IMG/VR virus record: IMGVR_UViG_3300006155_000009 | DNA length: 31,397 bases | Reading direction: 5' to 3' (one strand) | DNA from: an uncultured virus (IMG/VR IMGVR_UViG_3300006155_000009) | Lineage: Duplodnaviria; Heunggongvirae; Uroviricota; Caudoviricetes | In this document: positions 26,116 to 31,397 of the stretch, piece by piece | Layout: every line of letters starts with the position of its first letter | Position numbering within the stretch: the first letter of the stretch is position 1 | Program-made: the position numbers and the translations under genes | The notes under the pieces: model-generated | What the model was told of the DNA's origin: nothing | The model's database searches: none | Seen by the model: the letters and a program-made list of their open reading frames with translations, nothing else

Positions 26116-26144
26116 ACTATAGCACGACCAATTATCAAAGTCAA
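26116..26144 (-). promoter_or_regulatory. SigA-type promoter TTGACT-N17-TATAGT with extended -10 TG
   Basis: Minus strand TTGACT (26144-26139), 17 nt, TATAGT (26121-26116) preceded by TGC. Confidence 0.75.
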
Positions 26145-26192
26145 TCCGATACGCATGGAGCAGTTGTCAGAATTTTGCGCTCTTCAAACACC

Positions 26193-27428
26193 CTATCTTA
26201 TTTTTTCGATTTCGGTCTTTAGCCACTCGAACTCACGCTGAGTGTAGACTTTCTCGGTAATGTCCGAAATCTTGTGACCGACCATGTACTTGATGGCATA
26301 TTCGTCTACCCCGGCTTTCTTGGCAGCAGTTACAAAGTGTTTCCGGCCATCGTGCGGACGATGCTCCGGTTTCAACTTCAGCTCATCCCGAACCATGGCG
26401 AACCCCTTTTGGTATCGCTGATAGGTCAGCATCGTTGGCTTGCCGCTGCGGCCATCCGTACAAGTAAATAAATACTTGCTGCCAGCCTTTTGAGACGCCT
26501 GATATTGTCTCTCGACTAAGTACCGTATCTTCGAGTGGATCGGTACGACACGGTTCTCTCCGGCATCAGTTTTCATACCGCCTTTGAATGTCCAGTTTTC
26601 AAGGTCAACATTCTCCAGCTCCAGTAGGCCGAGCTCCTGGGGCCGCCAGCCTGAGTAACACTGGATCAGCAAGATATCGACATAGCGTTTATCGTCAACA
26701 TGGGCCCAAAGCTGGGCCATCTCTTCTTCGGTGAAGGGAATATGCTCCTGTTTCACCGTTTGGATCTCTTTGATAGTCTCTTCGGTCAGGTTGAATGTGC
26801 GGGAGTAGTTCCGATCAACAAGTTCATATTCCAAAGCGTAGTCTAACATGAGATTGAACAGAGATTTAATTTTGTTCTTCATACTTGCCGAAGGATGCTG
26901 CTCTTTCCCTTTGACTTTGGCGGTTCCTTCTTCCATGCAGCCTTTTACATGACGGGCTCGAACATCCATCACCCTCATATCGTAGACAGCCGAACAATAG
27001 GCCCAAGCCGATGTAACAGCTCGGATGCTACCATCCGCTTTAAGGGTCTTAAAATACTCTTCTGACCATTTGTCGTAAAGCTCCCTAACTGTAATGGACG
27101 GCTCCAAATCATACGGATTTTTGTTATACTCTACGAGAGCGGCGTAAGCGTCATTGTAAGTAGGGAAATACGATTCCGGTTTCAGAGGTTTACAAATAGG
27201 CCGCCCTTCTGGGGTCTTTCCAACCGTAACCATCGCCCGAAAAGGGTTTCGGAGGTTACGGTTCTTTATTTCACTGATTTGACCAAAGCCATTGGGGAGG
27301 CGCCTTCGTTTGTTGCTCTTAACACGGGGTTTTCGTTTTACAGTGGGCTGCATCGGGTAGCCACAATGAGGGCAGGCCGTAGCCTTATCGCTAACTTGGA
27401 GTTCGCATTCAGGGCATTTTATTAACAT
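26193..27428 (-). CDS. int: Tyrosine integrase with N-terminal zinc ribbon
   Basis: CPEC..CPHC, RRRLPNGFGQI, catalytic R (GWRPQE), K (MKT), HxxR (HDGR), H (VGH), Y (EKVY). Confidence 0.95.
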   Translation of the reverse strand: MLIKCPECELQVSDKATACPHCGYPMQPTVKRKPRVKSNKRRRLPNGFGQISEIKNRNLRNPFRAMVTVGKTPEGRPICKPLKPESYFPTYNDAYAALVEYNKNPYDLEPSITVRELYDKWSEEYFKTLKADGSIRAVTSAWAYCSAVYDMRVMDVRARHVKGCMEEGTAKVKGKEQHPSASMKNKIKSLFNLMLDYALEYELVDRNYSRTFNLTEETIKEIQTVKQEHIPFTEEEMAQLWAHVDDKRYVDILLIQCYSGWRPQELGLLELENVDLENWTFKGGMKTDAGENRVVPIHSKIRYLVERQYQASQKAGSKYLFTCTDGRSGKPTMLTYQRYQKGFAMVRDELKLKPEHRPHDGRKHFVTAAKKAGVDEYAIKYMVGHKISDITEKVYTQREFEWLKTEIEKIR

Positions 27429-27634
27429 GGCGGTTCCTCGTCTTTCTTTTCAAGAGTCTTAATCGGAAGCCTTTCGATCTTATCCACTATGCGTCCAAGT
27501 TTTTGAATGCTCCAGACAATCCCGGCAAATTTCAAAATGCCTATGACCTGCTGGTTTTTGTTATGCTCTTTTACACCCCCTTCTTCGGTATAGACCTTAT
27601 GCAGAAAGTCTTTTGGGTTCACATGTTTCTTCAT
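27422..27634 (-). CDS. 70-aa hypothetical protein coupled to the integrase
   Basis: RBS AAAGGAG before ATG at 27634; stop overlaps integrase start. Confidence 0.62.
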   Translation of the reverse strand: MKKHVNPKDFLHKVYTEEGGVKEHNKNQQVIGILKFAGIVWSIQKLGRIVDKIERLPIKTLEKKDEEPPC

Positions 27635-27689
27635 CGAATAGCTCCTTTCGCAGGTTTGGCACCTCCTTTTATGAAGGAGGTTGACTACC

Positions 27690-27902
27690 ATGAAAATAGA
27701 CAAAAAGTTAATGAACGAGGTTGAAGAGTTGTGGGTTGGCCACGAGGAGGCATTAACGCACTTCGGACAAGTATGTGTCGCGGCAGCAAAAGCTGGGCAC
27801 GATTGCAAAGTGCGAAGACATTTGCGTCTGGGTATGGTTGTAGCCACTGCGGCAACTATCATCATTACATGCTGTTTAGATTTGATGAGCGAAACTTACT
27901 AA
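27690..27902 (+). CDS. 70-aa hypothetical protein with C-terminal hydrophobic helix
   Basis: Motif copy 1, RBS AAGGAGG, ATG 27690, then terminator. Confidence 0.7.
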   Translation: MKIDKKLMNEVEELWVGHEEALTHFGQVCVAAAKAGHDCKVRRHLRLGMVVATAATIIITCCLDLMSETY

Positions 27903-27907
27903 AACGG

Positions 27908-27946
27908 GAGAGGCTCGCGGAAACGCGGGCTCTTTCTTTTATTTTT
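27908..27946 (+). terminator. Intrinsic terminator
   Basis: GCTCGCG-GAAA-CGCGGGC followed by T-rich tract. Confidence 0.8.
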
Positions 27947-27994
27947 CCCGTTTATTTTGCTTTTCCCGCTATTTCCCTTTGTTTCGCCCTAATA

Positions 27995-28023
27995 ATCATA
28001 TATGATAGTGTAGGAATTGTCAA
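27995..28023 (-). promoter_or_regulatory. SigA-type promoter TTGACA-N17-TATGAT facing the integrase operon
   Basis: Minus strand TTGACA (28023-28018), 17 nt, TATGAT (28000-27995). Confidence 0.8.
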
Positions 28024-28035
28024 GTAATTCCTACA
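28009..28035. promoter_or_regulatory. Operator-like inverted repeat over the -35 box
   Basis: TGTAGGAATT-N7-AATTCCTACA, perfect 10-bp arms. Confidence 0.75.
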
Positions 28036-28090
28036 TAACTTTTTAACTTAGATTAGGAAGCTCGTACCTTAGAACAGAAAGGAGTCATGT

Positions 28091-28462
28091 ATGATTACCA
28101 AGAACGCGTCAGTCTGCCCAAAATGCGGAGGACATCTCAGATTCTTCGACACTGTGAAACGCATTGTACGGACAAAAGCTCGGGTGACAGAATGGATTGT
28201 AATACGCAGACTCCGGTGTACTATATGTGGTTCGTTACATAGGGAATTACCAGAGGAACTATTCCCTTACAAGCAGTACGAGGCCGAAGTCATTATCGGT
28301 GTATTGGAGGGCCTTATCACCTGCGAAACACTGGGGTTTGAGGACTATCCCTGTGAGATGACTATGTCCCGCTGGCTCGCTGAATTTACAGGCGCTGTTA
28401 CGGAAAGGAGGTCGTACTATGAACGAGAAACGACTGATGGGCGAAATCGAGAAGCTGTGTAA
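28091..28462 (+). CDS. Zinc-ribbon protein (DUF6431-like)
   Basis: CPKCGG..IRRLRCTICGSLHRELP..PYKQY; RBS GAAAGGAG. Confidence 0.75.
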   Translation: MITKNASVCPKCGGHLRFFDTVKRIVRTKARVTEWIVIRRLRCTICGSLHRELPEELFPYKQYEAEVIIGVLEGLITCETLGFEDYPCEMTMSRWLAEFTGAVTERRSYYERETTDGRNREAV

Positions 28463-28643
28463 AGACGGTCATACGGATGCGCTACTCTACCTGTGCCGGA
28501 ACTATGGAGACGCGGCAATCGAAGGGTACAGACGTGGATACCGGAAAGCATTCTGGACAGGATTGGGCGTTTCCAGTCTGATCGTTACAGGTTGCATAGG
28601 AGCAATCTCGGTCATCATGAAACAGCACGGCAAGAAGAACTGA
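28419..28643 (+). CDS. 74-aa single-TM hypothetical protein
   Basis: Motif copy 2, RBS AAAGGAGG; hydrophobic FWTGLGVSSLIVTGCIGAISVIM. Confidence 0.75.
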   Translation: MNEKRLMGEIEKLCKDGHTDALLYLCRNYGDAAIEGYRRGYRKAFWTGLGVSSLIVTGCIGAISVIMKQHGKKN

Positions 28644-28719
28644 TCCAAGGAGGGAGCGGCTAAACGGCGGCTCTCTTCTTTTCGCTTATTTCACAGGTCC
28701 TTTTACGGAGGTGACTGTT

Positions 28720-29001
28720 ATGGTAATCAGAAATAAAGAATACTACACTCAGTTTAACGAAGAGATGAAGCGAGACCATAGAGCTTTGGACTACCACATC
28801 CGACAGGCAGAGAACTACAAGCGTATCTACCAGCTCACAAGAGGACGTTCGGGAGTATACGTCTTGTTGAACAAATGGGCCAAGAAGATGAATCAAATTC
28901 ATTGCGATAAGGGATTCAAAATTGCAAAGTTGGACATGGCATGGTGTCTTTACGAAATGATATACCTACAGAACTACATTCAGAAAGGCGAGGAGCCCTA
29001 A
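28720..29001 (+). CDS. 93-aa hypothetical protein
   Basis: Motif copy 3, RBS GGAGGTG, ATG 28720; stop in terminator loop. Confidence 0.75.
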   Translation: MVIRNKEYYTQFNEEMKRDHRALDYHIRQAENYKRIYQLTRGRSGVYVLLNKWAKKMNQIHCDKGFKIAKLDMAWCLYEMIYLQNYIQKGEEP

Positions 29002-29044
29002 CAGGGGCTCTTCCTTTTTGCGCAGATTTTACAGGATACATTAT

Positions 29045-29145
29045 GGAGAGGAATTAAAAGGGAAACATTGAAAAGCCAAATTGTAAGACATGGTCGGCAA
29101 TTACATTCGTAAGGATGTAATCCCAAATCATGCCCTCTCTTTTTT
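29045..29145 (+). ncRNA. Candidate small structured RNA 1
   Basis: Between motif copies 4 and 5; GAGAGG (29046-51) pairs with CCTCTC (29134-39) before a T run; 9-bp hairpin with GTAA loop (29100-29121). Confidence 0.55.
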
Positions 29146-29174
29146 GTTTCCGCAGATTTTACAAATCGTATTAT

Positions 29175-29396
29175 GAGAAGGAGAGGAAATCCGACGGGTT
29201 GTGACCAAGCAACAAAATTGTTTGGTTTGGATGTTCGACTCATCCACGGCTCGTCTTTCTCTAAGAAAATGGATAGATGCGGGTGGAAATCCCGCGGTGA
29301 GACACGAAGGCATACCGCCAAGTAATAACTTAATAAAAGATGGTACCCACCGGGCAACGGTTTTCGTTGGGCCGACCCTGAAGTCATTTTCTTTTT
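29175..29396 (+). ncRNA. Candidate two-domain structured RNA 2 (tRNA-like domain + closed second domain)
   Basis: Between motif copies 5 and 6; T-arm GGATG-TTCGACT-CATCC; 10-bp closing stems 29193-29202/29246-29255 and 29263-29272/29384-29393. Confidence 0.6.
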
Positions 29397-29438
29397 ATTT
29401 TCGCCAAATCGGCAGTGGCCTTTATGGAGGTGACATTT

Positions 29439-29633
29439 GTGGAGACCAAGAAAATTATCAGCACTATCGGAACACTCGTTATTGTGGGAGCAGTATCAAC
29501 GGCAGGAGCCGCATTATGGACGAATGTTCTGAATGACAAACTCAAGCTGGTCCAAGCAAAGAAAGCGCATTCCAAATCAGACAAAGTTATTATTGTTGAC
29601 TTTAAGAAAGCAAGGAGGGATATGGGCCGCTAA
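29439..29633 (+). CDS. 64-aa single-TM hypothetical protein
   Basis: Motif copy 6, RBS GGAGGTG, GTG 29439; stop in terminator loop. Confidence 0.7.
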   Translation: METKKIISTIGTLVIVGAVSTAGAALWTNVLNDKLKLVQAKKAHSKSDKVIIVDFKKARRDMGR

Positions 29634-29709
29634 ACGCAGCGGCTCTTTCCTTTTTCGCATAAATCGCTGGCTCCCTTATGGAAACCTTAACATTGAGAGG
29701 AGAATGGTT

Positions 29710-30015
29710 ATGAAACAACTTTTTATTAGTCAACCCTTTAGAGGGAGAACTGAAGAAGAGGTCTTTGAAGAAAGGGCCAGAATCCTGAGCAGAGTCGAGG
29801 CTATCTATAAGGAAGAGTTTTCGGTGATTGACCAGTATCATCAGATCGCGCCGGAAGATGCTGGACGGTTCTACTACCTGAGCCAGGATATTCTTATGAT
29901 GGACAAGGCGGATTTGATTGCCTTTAGTCCGGATTGGCAATCGGCAAAAGGTTGTAGAGTCGAACATGAACTTGCTACGGCATATGGTTTGAACATAATC
30001 GAGGTTGAGCTCTAA
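29710..30015 (+). CDS. DUF4406-like protein (nucleoside 2-deoxyribosyltransferase-like fold)
   Basis: LFISQP..G, AD.I.F..DWQSAKGCRVEHELA..YG; motif copy 7; start 29710 or 29704. Confidence 0.8.
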   Translation: MKQLFISQPFRGRTEEEVFEERARILSRVEAIYKEEFSVIDQYHQIAPEDAGRFYYLSQDILMMDKADLIAFSPDWQSAKGCRVEHELATAYGLNIIEVEL

Positions 30016-30058
30016 CTGGAGCTCTTCCTTTTTTCGCAGATTTAACAGAATATTTTAT

Positions 30059-30148
30059 GAAGAGGGATGAGAGTAGAGGAGAACCCAGAAGCTTAGGCTT
30101 GACTGGCCATACGTCGATTGGTGACTGACTACAATCTCCCTCTCTTTT
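30059..30148 (+). ncRNA. Candidate small structured RNA 3
   Basis: Between motif copies 8 and 9; AGAGGGA (30061-67) pairs with TCCCTCT (30137-43) before TTTT; GTAG/CTAC and AAGC-TTAG-GCTT inner stems. Confidence 0.5.
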
Positions 30149-30192
30149 CATTTTCCGCATAAAACTCCACGTCCTTTATGGAGGTGAAAGTA

Positions 30193-30468
30193 ATGAGACA
30201 AGTCATTCTTTATGGAATTTCTGGAGCAAGTAGGGCCTATACAGTTCTGAATTACTTCTGTATCTACGAGGAATTCGTATCGATCAGCACTATCTTAGGG
30301 GAAGCGAGGCGACTTCGGATGAGAAATCCGGATATCGAGCACGTTTACGCAATAGATAATCGATACGGGCTCCGCCGTGATTACAGGGAGAGCATGAAAC
30401 GGAATAGTATCGAGAGCCATTACATTTTCAAGGATATTCTGGAAAGAGAAGGTATGCGAATTATTTAA
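30193..30468 (+). CDS. 91-aa hypothetical protein
   Basis: Motif copy 9, RBS GGAGGTG, ATG 30193; hairpin terminator at 30474-30501. Confidence 0.75.
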   Translation: MRQVILYGISGASRAYTVLNYFCIYEEFVSISTILGEARRLRMRNPDIEHVYAIDNRYGLRRDYRESMKRNSIESHYIFKDILEREGMRII

Positions 30469-30568
30469 CTCCGAGGAGGGTCCCGGCAGGGACTTTTCCT
30501 CTTTCCGCAGGAATGGCAGTTCCCTTTATGAGAGGCTTAGGCTTCATCTGTTATAAGGAGTGGAAACT

Positions 30569-30730
30569 ATGTTTACAAAATTGGAAATGGTCGGAGCTAT
30601 TGCTATCAGCCTGTTCGGCGGATTCGCCATCGGCTACAGCAAGGCAAGAGAAATCTGTTTGCAAGCAATCATCACTGCTACCGGAGAGCAGAAGGAACCC
30701 GAGACGACCGAGAAGGAGGAGACGCCCTAA
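30569..30730 (+). CDS. 53-aa single-TM hypothetical protein (not in ORF track)
   Basis: Motif copy 10, RBS TAAGGAG; MFTKLEMVGAIAISLFGGFAIGYSKAREICLQAIITATGEQKEPETTEKEETP; stop in terminator loop. Confidence 0.72.
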   Translation: MFTKLEMVGAIAISLFGGFAIGYSKAREICLQAIITATGEQKEPETTEKEETP

Positions 30731-30805
30731 ACAGGGGCTCTCCCCTTTTCGCACAAACCACAGCACCTTTTATGGAAGAATCCATATTTGAAAGGAGAAG
30801 CAACA

Positions 30806-31153
30806 ATGAGCATGGAAAAGTTCAAAAGGTTTGTGGAGGACCATAAAAAGGAGCTGATTGCCACTACGGCGGTCGCTGGCGGAATCGTGCTGGTGATTCT
30901 CGGGTGCAAGCGCCACAGCGGGAAGGCGGTCAAGGCCAAAGGCATATTCAGGAGGAAAGATATTTCGATCCCGGATGGCCTCAAGGTCTGGGACACGTCA
31001 TACCTCTGGGTGGAGGGAAAGTACCTGAACGCAATCGTCAACAGCATTCCCGTGGACGACCTGGGTGAACTGGGCAAGCAATACATCAAGCATGGGCTCG
31101 CACAGCCTGGCGACATTGCAAGTGTCGTTATTGGAGTCGAGTACAACAAGTGA
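30806..31153 (+). CDS. 115-aa protein with N-terminal TM helix
   Basis: Motif copy 11, RBS GAAAGGAG; KRFVEDHKKELIATTAVAGGIVLVILG. Confidence 0.78.
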   Translation: MSMEKFKRFVEDHKKELIATTAVAGGIVLVILGCKRHSGKAVKAKGIFRRKDISIPDGLKVWDTSYLWVEGKYLNAIVNSIPVDDLGELGKQYIKHGLAQPGDIASVVIGVEYNK

Positions 31154-31266
31154 TTCTACCAAAGGTGGAGGCCGCTAAAGCAGCGGCTTTCGCCTTTTCA
31201 CCGAGGTTGTTTGTACTTCAGTGTGGTTGCTAACTTAGAATAGCCGTTGAAAGGAGGTAGTCGTTA

Positions 31267-31397
31267 ATGAGTGAACAAGAATTTCATCCAGGCTCTGTTC
31301 CAGTAGCAGTAGCAGCCCGCGTCTATGGAAAAGATGCGTCTTGGGTTCGAGCCGGCATTGTGTCAGGATGGCTTCCGATTGGTAAGGCTACCCGAAA
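31267..31397 (+). CDS. Partial winged-HTH/excisionase-like DNA-binding protein (runs off window)
   Basis: RBS GAAAGGAGG; MSEQEFHPGSVPVAVAARVYGKDASWVRAGIVSGWLPIGKATR. Confidence 0.65.
   Translation, partial: MSEQEFHPGSVPVAVAARVYGKDASWVRAGIVSGWLPIGKATR

Larger units (their letters stand above)
27649..30774 (+). promoter_or_regulatory. Array of 11 copies of CGC-N8-C(A)-N7-TTAYG (probable phage-specific promoter)
   Basis: Copies start at 27649, 28378, 28683, 29021, 29151, 29402, 29656, 30035, 30156, 30506, 30750; spacing invariant; each followed by a purine tract. Confidence 0.88.
1..31397. mobile_element. Temperate siphovirus-type phage genome segment (lysis, tail, DGR, integration and early-gene modules)
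   Basis: Co-linear endolysin, tape measure, Dit, Tal, fibre genes, holins and tyrosine integrase; no host housekeeping gene anywhere in the window. Confidence 0.97.

Noticed and set aside
25429..26135. Extra CGC-motif copies at 25429 and near 26111 (also 18031)
   Set aside because: TTT(C)CGCA is present but TTAYG is missing at +20.
29193..29261. Canonical tRNA gene
   Set aside because: No D arm, no U33-type anticodon loop, no CCA; kept only as tRNA-like.
29281..29390. Hammerhead ribozyme (CTGAAG and GAAA present)
   Set aside because: Core reads CUGAAGU rather than CUGANGA and the stems do not fit the hammerhead layout.
29201..29536. 111-aa ORF across the RNA cassette
   Set aside because: Crosses a T run and the next motif copy and overlaps the better-supported 29439-29633 gene in another frame.
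27649..30774. CRISPR array
   Set aside because: Repeats are gapped and degenerate, spacing is irregular (121-729 nt) and includes genes; no cas genes.
30513..30791. 92-aa ORF from the ORF track
   Set aside because: Starts inside a motif copy without RBS; the 53-aa frame 30569-30730 has an RBS, a TM helix and its stop in the terminator.
28651..31190. Integron attC array
   Set aside because: CTAAC at stop codons recalls the attC inverse core, but hairpins are short, lack a matching GTTRRRY and look like terminators; the integrase is phage-type.

Overview
The whole window is part of a temperate long-tailed (siphovirus-type) phage, probably of a Clostridia/Firmicutes host (inferred from SigA-type promoters, strong Shine-Dalgarno sites and protein families). 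Left to right: a lysis cassette (two membrane proteins + lysozyme/amidase/SH3 endolysin); tail genes (gp10-like, 3153-aa tape measure, Dit, Tal, fibre components); a diversity-generating retroelement (DGR) that diversifies the C-terminus of a 915-aa Ig-repeat adhesin (VR 21007-21144, TR 21330-21467, 12 of 13 mismatches at TR adenines); tail chaperones and a second lysis cluster containing a Tad1 anti-Thoeris sponge; a probable intact attP; a small gene enclosed by perfect 26-bp inverted repeats; a tyrosine integrase; and an array of small cassettes. The most unusual signals are: (1) the DGR reverse transcriptase is intact but reads QMDN instead of YxDD, with no avd gene nearby; (2) eleven exactly spaced copies of CGC-N8-C(A)-N7-TTAYG open a series of cassettes, three of which have no convincing ORF and fold into closed RNAs, one with a tRNA T-arm; (3) a candidate invertible switch beside the integrase; (4) shared docking-like motifs among the fibre genes. 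All alignments, folds and family calls were made by eye; no database search was run.
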